A DNA stretch of 64,000 nucleotides from Octopus sinensis (taxonomy: Eukaryota), in contig NC_043013.1 in assembly GCF_006345805.1 (NCBI RefSeq), forward strand, positions 2,914,001 through 2,978,000, read 5' to 3'. The position numbers and the translations under genes were made by a program. Every line of letters starts with the position of its first letter. The stretch's first letter is position 1. A model generated the notes under the pieces. That model was not told where the DNA came from and searched no databases. It saw only the letters and a program-made list of their open reading frames with translations. Shown piece after piece: positions 1 to 12,655 of the stretch.

Positions 1-1290
1 CAAATCCATTTCCAGTTCTTTGCTCGTAGTCACCAACGTTTTGTTAATGACAACATTATCAAACCCCTTAAAATCATTCATGAATTACAGACATAGCTTC
101 TTCCATACACCATTCATAGCTATGCTCTGTACGTCATTCCATGCCTTTGTTATGTTCTGTACAGCTTTGTAGATATCGTATTTATTATAAAATTCACGAA
201 ATGTTATGGACTCATCAAGATCTGTTGCAGCTATTGCTTGCCACAGTGTACGCCTCATATAGAAACGCTTGAAGATAGCATTTATTCCCTGATCCATTGG
301 CTGCAGAAGAGACGTGGTGTTTGGTGGGAGGTATACGACGTTAACGTTGGGGTAAAAATCCATGATGTTTTGCGGGTGGCCAGGAGCATAATCTAAGATA
401 AGTAACACCTTAAAAGGAATTCCTTTCTCCCTTCGGTACTTCTCTGCTGCTGGGATAAAATGATCGAAGAACCAATCTTCAAGAATAACAATAGTAACCC
501 ATGCTTGAGAATTAGCCATCCATATAACAGGGAGAGATGCCTTGGATATGTTCTTCAAGGCACGGGGGTTGTGTGCATGATACACAAGTAATGGCTTTAG
601 CTTAAAATTACCTCCCAACATAATGGTCACACGTTCTTTTTAGATTTTGTAGCCTTGAATAGTTTTCTCCTTCTTGGAAATGAATGAACGGTTTGGAAAA
701 TTTTTCCGATGCAATCAAGTTTCGTCTACGTTTAAAATCTGTTCGGAAAGAAACCCGTTTTCTTCGATGATTTCCTTTAATGCATTAGGAAATTCCGCTG
801 CTGCTTGTTTGTCAGCTGATGCACTTTCACCTTGCTTCTTAATGAAGTGATAACTTCGCTCCTTAAATCTCATGAACCATCCTTGACTTGCTTTGAACCC
901 TACATCTTTCTCATCTGGATATTTTTTTTTTTAGGTCATCAAACAAAGACAACGCTTTCTCTTGAATGATTTCTTGACTAATAGCAGCACGCTGACGATT
1001 CAACCTAACAATCCAAAGAGAAAGAAGAATTTCCATTTCTTCGAAGATTTTTGCCTCTTTTCTTATTGATGACCGTGCTCTTCATCCCTGGGGTTTTAGA
1101 TTTGATAGGGGCTAAAAATCTTGTCCTTCTTATGTACAATCGTCGATACAGTTGCCCGACTCATCCCAAAGGATCGTGCAATTGCTACCACTTTATCACC
1201 TTTTTCATGGCGTTTTATCACAGCCAGTTTATCTTCCAGCGTTATAGCATGACGCTTAGCACTTTCACTCTGAATTTTCGTAGGAGCCAT
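1..1290 (-). pseudogene. Tigger/pogo transposase (CENP-B HTH + DDE_1), frameshifted
   Basis: ATG at 1290 gives MAPTK...RHAITLEDKLAVIKRHEKG...IARSFGMSRATVSTI (CENP-B-type HTH). ORF 85-630 has KLKPLLVYH..NPRALK, VLLILD.APGHP and LPPNTTSLLQPMDQGI (DDE_1 motifs). Confidence 0.9.
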
Positions 1291-1482
1291 GGGGGGCGAA
1301 AAAATAAAGTCACAAATGAATGAGAATGAGAAAGTAGCCAATAAATAGACGTAAACAAACTTGAATTCAAGGCAATCGCGGGAATCACGAATGACAATGG
1401 CGCCTAACGGTAGATATTGGAACTACAGTGCAATATGAGCTCTGAAAGACCGATAAAAAAGACAACACAGCTGATTTCACTC

Positions 1483-1898
1483 GCGGGAGTGGCTGAGTGG
1501 TAAGTAGCTTACTTCCCAACCACATGGTTCCGGGTTCAGTCCCACTGCGTGGCATCTTGGGCAAGTGTCTTCTACTATAGCCTCGGGCCGACCAAAGACT
1601 TGTGAGTGGATTTGGTAGGCGGAAACTAAAGGAAGCCCGTCGTATATATATATATATATAATATATATATATGTGTGTGTGTGTGTTTGTGTGTCTGTGT
1701 TTGTCCCCCCCAACATCGCTTGACAATTGATGCTGGTGTGTTTATGTCCCAGTAACTTAGCGGTTCGACAAAAGAGACTAATAGAATAAGTGCTAGGCTT
1801 ACAAAGAATAAGTCCTGGGGTCGATTTACTCGACTAAAGGCGGTGCTCCAGCATGGCCACAGTCAAATGACTGAAACAAGTAAAAGAGTAAAGAGTAA
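1483..1898 (+). mobile_element. tRNA-derived SINE family A (CORE-like), full length
   Basis: A-box-like GTGGCTGAGTGG, B-box-like GGTTCAGTCCC, CORE-like GGCATCTTGGGCAAGTG, internal (TA)n(TG)n and an (AAAAGAGT)n tail. Many copies in the window. Confidence 0.85.
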
Positions 1899-2703
1899 GC
1901 TGCACTACTTTATGGTGTGTATCCTAACATTTACTGTACGTATTTTAATATGATTTTATATTCCTTTTTTCTTATTTGTTGTACAGTAACATGATTTTAT
2001 GTGCTTTTAACGGTTTTCTAGTGATTTTAAGATTCCAATGTTTGTGGCGGACAGACATAAAGTCGAGTAAAATGACTTAGCTTGATTTTTATTTTTCCAT
2101 TTATTATTTTTGAAAACCAACGTATAATCGGGAACGACTTAAACCAAAACGACTTAAGCCGAGATATACCCGTATATATATATATATTATGTGGTGAGGC
2201 TTAAACAAGTAGAAAAGCAATCGATCAACGAAGAATAAAGATGACTATATCTTATTGTATGCATGTATAGATGTATGTGCGTATGTGTATATGTATGTAT
2301 GTATGTATGTTTGTTTGTATGTATGTATGTATGTATGTATGTATGTATGGATGGATGGATGGATGGATGGATGGATGGATGGCTGGCTGGATGGATGGAT
2401 GGTTGGTTGGATGGATGCATACATGCATGTATGTAAATGTTACTAAGTACAGTTGATGGACAAGCGAAAGTCAAGTGTCTCCGATATCAAGATATTCATT
2501 CTGGAGAAAGATAATGTTGAGTGTGCTTCGATAAACTATTTTCAATGTCATTATGAAAAGTTGGAATAAACTTCACATTGCACACTACTTATGTCACATT
2601 ACCGACGCTCTTTCAATAAAGTCTAACCATATACCTACAGTGAATTGGGAGAGGTGGGTATATATTATTTAACAGGCTATAATTCGTCTATCAATATATA
2701 TAT

Positions 2704-2994
2704 ATAGAATGGTTGTATACTGGCAATCTAACAAGAACGTGACAGTAGGGGGTACACCACCGCTGTATAGCCCTAGGAAGCATCGAACGCCTCCTGATAG
2801 CTTTGACACATTTTTTTCCCTGTGTCCTTATATAGGGGGGTGTTTGTCTCCCCTTCGTATATCTATATAAGGACACAGGGAAAAAAATGTGTAAAAGCTA
2901 TCAGGAGGCGTTCGATGCTTCCTAGGGCTATACAGCGGTGGTGTACCCCCTACTGTCACATTCTTGTTAGATTGACTGTATACAACCATTCTAT
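2704..2994. repeat. Long inverted repeat, 132-bp arms and 27-bp spacer
   Basis: 2704-2835 is the reverse complement of 2863-2994 with about 4 mismatches. Confidence 0.9.
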
Positions 2995-3070
2995 CGCCCC
3001 ACCACCGTACATGTCTCTACGAGAGATTTAGAAATTCAATATTTCTTATAATATATATATACATATATAT

Positions 3071-3266
3071 AGTTAATCCAAACATGAAAACACAACAACG
3101 CGAGGACGTGGAACAAATATAGTATTATTGGACGCTCAGGAAAGAAGGAAAGAAGGACGGTTTAACGTTTCGAGCGGAGCTCTTCGTCGGAAACATAGGA
3201 GAAGGAAAGATCCAGAGAAGGGAAGACAGAGGAAAAAAATCGCCAACGGTACACACGCGGTCACAT
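3071..3266 (-). mobile_element. Hammerhead-bearing short element, family D (PLE pLTR-like)
   Basis: Minus strand 3160-3194 reads GTTT-CCGACGA-A-GAGC-TCC-GCTC-GAAA-CG-TT-AAAC. Homologous to 35835-36030 and 46949-47135. Abuts (TA)n. Confidence 0.7.
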
Positions 3267-3926
3267 ATTGAAACATGCACCACTATTAGGTATCAAGTTT
3301 CTCAGAAAACAAAATAAACAAATAGCGTTACTTCAAACTCTGCAATAAATACTAATAATCGAACTCACAACAATACACTGTACAATACCCTGGTGTTCAT
3401 GCATGATCAAACAGATAAGTTTCTATTTGGAGAGGCAGTGTGTATTTAGGTAGCAATGCGTGCGGTTGTATGTGTTTGTGCGTAGTAGTCTGTGTGTTTC
3501 TGTGTACCTACGTGTATCTGTATATGTGTGTGAAGGAAATTGGAGAAAGCAAAAGAGAAATGAATGATAGAGAACAGTGAGAAATAGAATCGTGTAAAGA
3601 GAGGAAGGGGAAGAGGAGGAGGAGGAGGAGGAGGAGGAGAGAGAGTGAGTGAGAGCGAGAGAATGATGGAAAACGTGGAATAGTTGCTAAGCGTTGGTTC
3701 TGTTGCTATAGTAACAATATTTTAACATATATGTACATGGATGTACATATATAGGTGTGTATATATATATACAAATATACATATGTATGCACATACATAC
3801 ACATACATACATACATACATACATACACACATACACGCGCGTGCGCCTGCACACACACACACACATACATACATACATACATACATACATACATACATAC
3901 ATACATACACTCACACACACACACAC

Positions 3927-3986
<60 letters not shown>

Positions 3987-4690
3987 GCCAGTTACAGTTT
4001 GTTTACGTTTTACATAAAATTTCCCCTTCTTCGTAACTTCCGAAGCTGAGAGGCGTGCTAAGCAGCTCTGATGAATGAGTATTAAATAATATGAAACACG
4101 TGGCTTCCTCGCTTCCTCGCTTTCAACGAGCGAAATCTCAGTGATTTAATCGCAGATTATATTCTCTCAGCGAGACTTAAGTACATGTGTAGTACACATA
4201 GTATATAAGATTTCTCTACACAAACACACGCGTTCGTGGTAGCAGTTTTGAGGGTAGTTCTAGTCGATTAAATAAACCCTGGTACTTACACTGATACATT
4301 ATTGATTGACCCCCGGTGGGAAGAAAAGCAAAGTTGATTTCAGTGGTCCTTGAATTCGGGACGTAAGGAGCCAGAATAAACAGCACAAGGCATCATTTTA
4401 TCGGATGGCCTGACCATTCTGCAAACCCTCAAAGCCTCATAATTAGATACAATAAAATGCAAATGTGATTTTGCTCTTGGGGACACTTGGCAGAGGGAGA
4501 CTGAAGCGACTGAGGGTTAATTAAGTTAATAAATAACATGTGTGTAGTGTGTGAGAGAGAGAGACAGACAGACAGACAGAGTGTGTGTGTGTAGCTCTGT
4601 GGTAACATATTTGCTTGTCAACCACATGATTTCGGATTCATTTGAACTACGAGACATCTGGACAACTACGATATATATAAATATATATAT

Positions 4691-5019
4691 ACATTGTTGT
4701 ATTTAGGAATGGTCATTTTGCCAGTTTAGCCAATAAAAACACACGCACTATATATTTGGTGTTATTTTGCTTCAGTGTTATTTATTTTTTACATTAATCT
4801 TAATCTTATTTCGGCCAGAGTTCTTTCGTCACTCTCCTGTGACCGCATCAGTGGTCCTTTGCCTTCTTCTTTCTGATTTGTGTCTCTCCTTACTAACCGT
4901 CAGCCATTAAGATTAATGTAAAAAATAAATAACACTGAAGCAAAGTAACACCAAATATATAGTGCGTGTGTTTTTATTGGCTAAACTGACAAATTGACCA
5001 TTCCGAAATACAACAATGT
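4691..5019. repeat. Inverted repeat (about 114-bp arms) with a hammerhead-like motif in the spacer
   Basis: Arms 4691-4804 and 4906-5019. The minus-strand spacer reads GGACCA-CTGATGCG-GTCAC-AGGAGA-GTGAC-GAAA-GAAC-TC-TGGCC. Confidence 0.75.
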
Positions 5020-5306
5020 CTGTTTCAACACACGACTTCAAATAAAAAATCTTGCACAACAAATATATAAACGTAATATATATATTATATATATATATAT
5101 TAAAACAAGAAACTATGACATTACAACCAACCAGGCAAAGTCTTCGCTACATTTACAGCACCTGCCAGAGGGAGTGTTTGTCTAGGATAGGACTTCACAG
5201 CCACAGCAGGAGATGTTTTAGGACATGAAATGTCAAAGCCGGACTAAATTATTTTATGCGCAACTCCATTGTCTCCCGAGACAAAAAGTATGCCAACCAA
5301 AAATAT

Positions 5307-5372
<66 letters not shown>

Positions 5373-5946
5373 CTGGGGAGAGTGATTCTCTTTTAGTGCC
5401 TTGTTACTTAACATACTCACCGGTTCGATTTCCACTCATTTAGAATTTTCGTTGCGCCTTGCAACCTCTTCAATAGTCGTTGACTCTGTCCGTTCTTTTT
5501 GCTTGTTTGTTTGTGCTGATGTGTGTGCGTCAGTGTGAATGTGTATACACATGTGTATGTATGTATGCAAGTATGTATGTGTGTGTATGCATGTACGTGT
5601 CTGTGTGTATGCATATATATGTATGCGTGTGTGTACGTTTGTAGGTATATATATATATATATATATGTAAATGTAAGAAAATACAAACTGGGACAAGAAC
5701 GTGAAACATTTAGAAGACGATACAAAAAACACGGATCATCTTCGCAATTTCGGCTGATTAATCTTGAGATTGCTCCGATCTGGCCAGCCCCAAAGGAAAA
5801 TCTAAGCCAAGCGCATTAGATTCCTTGGAAGACAGCCTCGAATGTATACAAAACAAGGACGGTATATATATATGTATGAATGTATTCTGCATATTCAAAT
5901 GTTTATGTGTTCATGTTTGTATGTTTGTATGTTTGTGTGTGTGTGT

Positions 5947-5991
<45 letters not shown>

Positions 5992-6106
5992 CTGTGTGTA
6001 TCTCTGTCTCCTTGTGTGTGCATGTTTGAGTATGTGTATGCGTATGGGTTTGTGTGACTATGTACGTGCGTCTGTTATGTATGGATGTGTGTCTCCATAT
6101 GTGTCC

Positions 6107-6156
<50 letters not shown>

Positions 6157-6413
6157 ACTGACGCACACACATGAGCATTAACAAACAAAAAGAACGCAAT
6201 TCTGATAACGGACAGTTTGAAAAGGTTGCAAGACGCAATGAAAATTTTAGAAAAATATATAAACGAGTGGAAATTTTACCTGTTATAAGTTATAAGGCAC
6301 TAAAAGAGAATGACTCTCCCAACATACAATAAAATATACTTCAACACATGAATTCACATAAAGAATCTTGCAAACCAAATACAAAAATTATGTATATATA
6401 TATATATATATAT

Positions 6414-6562
6414 ACCGGAGTAAACACATAAATGTGAAACAAGGTGGAGAAAGAGTACTCAAATACCAGTGGTAGAGTAATATGCTTTATTCAAAGCAGC
6501 AGAAAATTCAACAAAACCTGTTACTCTGAGTTTCCCGTTGCCGTTCGTCGGACAGTTTTTGC
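6414..6562 (-). mobile_element. Hammerhead-bearing short element between (TA)n tracts
   Basis: Minus strand 6518-6555 reads CTGT-CCGACGA-A-CG-GCAA-CG-G-GAAA-CTC-A-GAG-TA-ACAG; helices I, II and III can all pair. Confidence 0.7.
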
Positions 6563-6621
6563 TATATATATATATATAAAGTAATGAGAAGATGGATTTG
6601 GTATCAATTAGATTTACACCA

Positions 6622-6952
6622 AATACCATTCTGAAAAAGATAAGATGGTAACAACTGAAGCACCTCTGATTTTAGGGAAGAATGGAAAAGTCTATGACGT
6701 TTCGAACCTCCGCTCTTCGACAGAAATATACCACGACTGCCGATAACAGATAGTCCAAACTGTGCCAGTGGTCTACGAAAAAAACAAAAGACGAAGACAG
6801 GAGGTGTACAAATCAAACAGATGTATTAGTATAACGCTCAGGAATAGAAAAAGTATTTTATGTTTCAAGCGTACGCTCTTCTACAGAAAGGGACACAGAA
6901 AAAAACAAGCAGAGGAAAAAATGTGTGTAGTGGCTAACGATCTATCATGGCG

Positions 6953-6986
<34 letters not shown>

Positions 6987-7149
6987 CCTCCCTTTCTTTT
7001 CTCTCTCGTTTTTTTTTTCGTTCTCTCTTCCTTTTTTCTTCTCCTTTCTGTCGAAGAGCAGAGGCTCGAAACGTCATAGACTTTTCCATTCTTCCCTAAA
7101 ATCAGAGGTGCTTCAGTTGTAACCATCTTATCTTTTTCAGAATGGTATT
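6622..7149. mobile_element. Inverted pLTR-like arms, each with a hammerhead-like motif, enclosing a family C element
   Basis: 6622-6726 is the reverse complement of 7045-7149; both carry CTGTCGA-A-GAGC...GAAACGTC. A family C copy (CTGTAGA core) lies at about 6770-6952 on the minus strand. Confidence 0.75.
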
Positions 7150-8469
7150 ATCTAATGCGTCCTTTCTATTTTAAGTTCTATTTTGAAAGAGAATATGATT
7201 GTTATCTCTGGTAAATCGAAGATTTGTGTGGAGAATGCCTCTACGCTTTTCGTTGGTTCGAAGATGTTCCACTCTATCGATTGTCAACTTCAAATTTCTC
7301 ATAAACATAGAACCGTCAAAACATGATGCACAGGAAACTTCATTATATTCCCTTTAAACACTATGACAACGAGCAAAGCCACAACACGCCTCAATAAAAT
7401 ACCTCCAATCCATCAATATAACTGCGCTATTCATAAAGACACGGTTCTAACCAACATTCCCTACAAAAATGTCAGACTTAACAATTTCATGGATATTATC
7501 CATTCTTCTCACGGCATTTTAAAAGAAGAAATGCAAAACAGTAAAATTCATTTCAGATTCAGATTTAAACACTTTGGACCATGAAACGTTAAGAACCGGT
7601 GGGTAATAACTGAAAAATCCAGCACACAAGGATCACAAGTAATGCATAGATTTCACATGCTATCTCCATTTACCAGTCGTGTGCGTATGTGAGCGTATGT
7701 GTATGTGTGCGTGCGTGTGTGTTCGTGCGCGTGTGTGTGTGCGTGCGTATGTGCGTACGTCTGTGCGATCGAAGTTCCACGAGCTGGAAAGAAACCACTA
7801 ACCACTTTCTGGTACTGAACTTTATCAAACCCAGAAAATAGTCCGAGATATCGTGATCATTTCTAGCATATGAATTGAAGTTTTGCATTCTCTCCCCCAA
7901 ATCCCAAGTTCAGCCATACTTTGCTCCAGCTGGATTGGTATGGATCCCGTTGTATGTATGTATGTATGTATGTATGTATGTATGTATGTATGTATGTATG
8001 TATGTATGTATGTATCTATGTATGTATGTATGTATGTTTGTATGCATGTATGTATGTATGTATGTATGTATGTATGTATGGAGGTAGGTAGGTAGGTAGG
8101 TAGGTAGGTATTATCTGGTTCTGCATATATTTCTCTTTGTATCAGTTAATTATGATTTTATTCAACATATTCGCCTCACAGATTCACACAATTATTCCTG
8201 TGGTCCTTCAGTTTTTCTAAGCCCTGTGAAAGAACTCAGAAGGTTGGGCCACCAGCCGGGCCTTTCCCGATACCCTTAAAGCCAAGAACGTTTCAGGACC
8301 CGCATCTTATACAACAATAGATTTCATACACCAGTGGCAGTGAACACTAGTATTTAAATTTAAATTAGAGACACACATACGTGCAGCACATCGTACATAA
8401 AAGTGCTTTCTTTTGCTCTATATTTTACATCTAAAAGTATAAACACCAGCGGCAGCGCCACTTCCATCA

Positions 8470-8479
8470 CCACCACCAT

Positions 8480-8523
<44 letters not shown>

Positions 8524-8666
8524 TTAACAACAACAACAACAAGTTGATAGCAGTAGCAAGGATGAAACAATAACAGAAACTTCCACGACTGCAACGTTAA
8601 TATCAGCAACAATAATAATTACTATGACAAACGCAATAACAATAGAACAACCACCACCAACACCAA

Positions 8667-8742
<76 letters not shown>

Positions 8743-8901
8743 GCAACTATTGCTGCTGTTGCTGCTGCTGCTGCAACGGCAGCAACGACGACAACGGTAA
8801 CAAAGAAAAAACGCAAAACAATAGCTAAAAGAACAGCAGCAAACGCAACTACTGCAGCAGCAACACCTGCAGCAGCAGCAACAGCAGCAGCAACAGCAGC
8901 A

Positions 8902-8932
<31 letters not shown>

Positions 8933-8960
8933 TAGCAGCAATAACCAACAGCAGTTGCCA
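8470..8960. repeat. Compound trinucleotide microsatellites (CTA, CAA, CAG, CAC)
   Basis: Directly visible tracts. Confidence 0.9.
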
Positions 8961-9413
8961 AAATAATAAAGAATGACAGCAGTAAGCAACAACAGAAAGC
9001 GCAGGAAGAACAACGTTAAAAGTTCAGTGTGAAGAACACAAGAAAAGGAATGTGGGGATTAGAACGTCTAATCTGAACGGGATTACATTGTCCAAGAAGA
9101 ATGGTCTGTAAGGTGCGGTGATGGAGGTGGGCAACAGACTGAGGCTGTGTCTTTAACCATATGGCTCCTTGCTAGATCACAAGACGCCACACCTTCAGCA
9201 AATGTTTCCACCACACCTCTGCTTGACCAAACTTTATGATAAGTACTTAGTAAATACTCGCATAGTATTTGTACGAATGTATGTAGATGTGTGTGTATGT
9301 GTGCGTGCATATATATATATATATATAATCTCGTTCAGAGGATTTATTATTGTATATATATATAATAATAATACTAAATCTCTGAACGAGATATAAACAG
9401 TAGCTGCACGACA

Positions 9414-9568
9414 ATGTGAAGTATATTTGCCACTTAAATGTGGCTAACAACTAAGGGTGGATGCTACTGTAGCTTGTAGCCCAGGAGAACACCTTCTCCT
9501 GGGGCCAAGCTACAGTAGATTTCACCCTTAGTGGTTAGCCACATTTAAGTGGCAAATATACTTCACAT
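9414..9568. repeat. Near-perfect hairpin, about 75-bp arms and 4-nt loop
   Basis: 9414-9489 pairs with 9494-9568; loop CACC. Confidence 0.9.
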
Positions 9569-9612
9569 ATATATATATACACACACACAGAGAAAGAGAG
9601 AGGAATAGAGGG

Positions 9613-9670
<58 letters not shown>

Positions 9671-9825
9671 TGTGTGTGTGTGTGTGTGTAGAAAAATACA
9701 AACTGGGATGAGAACGTAAAACATTTAGAAGACGATACAAAAAACGCGGACGTTCAATCTTCAGTCAAGAACCGGATCATCCTAGCAATTTCGGCTGATT
9801 AATATATGTATGTATGTATGTATAG

Positions 9826-10467
9826 GGACAGGCGTGGTTGTGTGGTAAGCAGCTTGCTTCCCAACCACATAGTTCCGGGTTCAGTCCCTATGCGTGTTAC
9901 TTTGGGCAAGTGTCTTCTACTATAGCCTGAAAAAAAAAATGCAGAATTGGCCCAAGGTAACGGTATGGTGTGGAATGACTTCGGACAGGATTGTGGGTCT
10001 TTTCATCCTTTGCAATACCATGAATGCTGAAAGGTACCTCACCATGCTGCACGATGAAATCTGGCGAGTTATCAGTACTTGGGAGACATATTGATGGCAT
10101 TCCTCCACATTGTGCTATTGTTGTTCGTGAATGGCTGAATGATTAGTCAGCCGGAAGCCCTGATTTGACACCCTGTGATTTTTTTCGTTGGGGTTGGTTA
10201 AAGGAGCAAGTCTATTCTACCAAACCAACGACTTTGGAAGAACTTGAAGTTAAGTAAGTCTTCCATCTCACAAGAGTTCCTGATGAAATCAGTTGATGCG
10301 GTTCCCGGGCGGATTGAGGCGCTAGTGGCGAATGCTGGTGCCTATATCGAATTTTAAATAAAACTCCATGCTATACACTTTCTCCACATATTCGTTTTGT
10401 CTAAAAATTATAGTTAATAAATAAATTATAAGTATTTTAAAATAGGAAGTTACTTTTTAATCACCCT

Positions 10468-10550
<83 letters not shown>

Positions 10551-10745
10551 TACATACATATATATTTGTGTGAATGTGTGTATGTGTTTGTACTTTACAA
10601 TCGTTTGACAACAGGTGTTGGTTTGCTTAGGTCCCTGTAACTTAGCAGTTCGGCAAAAGACCGACCGATAGATTAAGTATCAGGCTTAAAACAAAAGTAC
10701 TGGGATCAATTCGCTCGACTACAAACCCTTCAAAGGGTTGCCGCA
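9826..10745 (+). mobile_element. SINE family A pieces (head 9826-9929, tail about 10565-10745) flanking a mariner remnant
   Basis: Both pieces align with 1483-1898. Confidence 0.65.
9931..10470 (+). mobile_element. Tc1/mariner-superfamily transposase 3' remnant with right TIR
   Basis: Translates to KVTVWCGMTSDRIVG...NAERYLTML and SPDLTPCDFF.WGWLKEQVY..KPTTLEELE; ends ...TTTAATCACCCTG-TA. Confidence 0.85.
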
Positions 10746-11212
10746 GTATGCATGCCCATATGTATCTATAACTTAAAAAGTGGTAGATTATATGCTGTTC
10801 ACGATTTATTGAAATTTTGTACTTATTCAGAGAAGCACAAAAAATGAAAAGAAAATGTCAAGGAGCAATTGTTAGCGATACTCAAGAAGGGAATTATATA
10901 CATATATATATATATATATATGCGGGTTGCATCGGTTTATATGTCAATGATGGTGGGCTGGTATTGTTGGTTTTACAGTGGTTATTTGGTTCTTGCTAAT
11001 TGTATTGTTGTGGCTGTCTAGTCTCAAGTCAATCTTCAGAGGCCTAAGATCAAAGATATTTCAGATAACTTTTAAAATGCACTAGGATACCGCATTATAT
11101 GCTTTTATTTGAAATGGCTTTTGCGTATCTATTTAATATTATAGATTGCTGTTGCTGGTTGTGTTCGCGTTGATGATAAAAAAATATGTACACATACATA
11201 CACACACACTAA

Positions 11213-11255
<43 letters not shown>

Positions 11256-11340
11256 ACACACACACACATACACACATTCATTGTGTAGAAACCGTTTAAT
11301 CCCTCCACATTTTCTCTCTCTGATTTTTCTTCTCAATCTT

Positions 11341-11440
11341 NNNNNNNNNNNNNNNNNNNNNNNNNNNNNNNNNNNNNNNNNNNNNNNNNNNNNNNNNNNN
11401 NNNNNNNNNNNNNNNNNNNNNNNNNNNNNNNNNNNNNNNN
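11341..11440. other. Assembly gap (100 N)
   Basis: Run of N. Confidence 1.
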
Positions 11441-12140
11441 TCAGCCGGTTTGATGATAATGTCAGCGCGCCGTTGGAGGGAACGAAGAGCCAAGAGCTCA
11501 GCCGGGGAGATGTTGAGCGCGGCGTTGGCGCCTGGAGAAGTTGAACCGCTCCAGTGCACGCTGACAAGCGCCCGCGAAAAGATCCACTGCTAGGATCTGG
11601 CCAGGGGCAGGCGTCACGGGGATGGTCGGCGGCCCAGGCCAGTGAAGCAGTCGTCCTCTTCGTGGGTGTGGGTGGCGAGTCGTGGTAATGCGCACCCAAC
11701 CGGACACGGCGCACAAAGCTGTGGACATCAACTCGCGTCTGGAATTCCTTACAGGATGGAGTGAGGGGGATGAAACGCAGCCCCCTACCAAGGACGGAGC
11801 GTTCAGCCGCAGAGAGGGGAAGATCGGGGGGAATGGTAACAACAGACGGAAGGGAGAAGGGGTGGGTGGTGGAATAGAAGTAGGAGGGGTGGTAGGTCTC
11901 GTGAGGTCTGAGGGGGAGGGATTGGGGAGGGTGTGGGGGGGGGGGGGTTGGGGGGGGGCAGTAGGGTTAGGTGTAGGTGGATGAGCCTAACGGGAGGGGA
12001 GAAGGGGTTGTAGGGAGGGGCCAGTGGGGTTAGGTGTGGGTGGATGGAAAGCCTATCGGGAGGGGAGAAGGGTGGTGGAGGAGTTGGGGTAGTGGCGTCG
12101 GGTAGGGTGGAATGGAAGAGTGATTGGAGTTTACGGTCCA
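11441..12140 (-). mobile_element. Penelope-like retroelement ORF N-terminal region, frameshifted and cut by the gap
   Basis: Minus-strand frames give VVTIPPDLPLSAAERSVLGRGLRFIP, FVRRVRLGAHY and NISPAELLALRSLQRRADIIIKPA. These match the PLE pre-RT motifs L.KGL.F.P, F.R..RL and IIIKPADKG. Confidence 0.85.
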
Positions 12141-12442
12141 CAACAATACCATAATGTTTATGTTGGAGAGGCGGTTAATATACTTCAGAATATGGTTGAG
12201 TTAAATACCTCAGCGGAACAGTACAAAACACGAATACAGTAACATCTTTATACGTTATATATATTATATAACGGACTGAAAAAGCTTCGATCGACTGAGA
12301 TTATCCAAGCTATTAATAAGAATAAACTCCCTCTAGTAGTTTTAATATCTAAGAACAAAAATCAAAAGGATTTCACTTAGCCATAATCAGTGCCACTACA
12401 TGCTCTCTATCCCCCCCTATCTCTCTCTCTCTCTCTCCTCTA

Positions 12443-12655
12443 CATGGTAAGACATTTACTTCCCAGCCATATGGTTCCAGGTTCAGTCCCATTGCGTGGC
12501 ATTTAGACAAATGCCTTCAACTGTAGCCTCGGGCCGACCAAAGCTTTGTTAGTGGATTTTGTAGCCGGAAACTGAAAGAAGCCCGTCGTATATATATATC
12601 TGTCTGTCTGAGTTTGTCTACCATTATCGATTGACAACCGATGTTGATTTGATTA
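12443..12655 (+). mobile_element. SINE family A, partial
   Basis: Aligns with the 5' half of 1483-1898. Confidence 0.75.

Larger units (their letters stand above)
1..2172 (-). mobile_element. Tigger/pogo-type DNA transposon (left part outside window), interrupted by a SINE
   Basis: Contains a disrupted transposase. The minus-strand end reads TA|CGGGTATATCTCGGCTTAAGTCG, a Tigger-like TIR next to TA at 2173-2174. Confidence 0.85.

Noticed and set aside
7150-7600. Possible decayed GIY-YIG remnant downstream of the hammerhead arm
   Set aside because: Only faint motif resemblance across several frameshifts.
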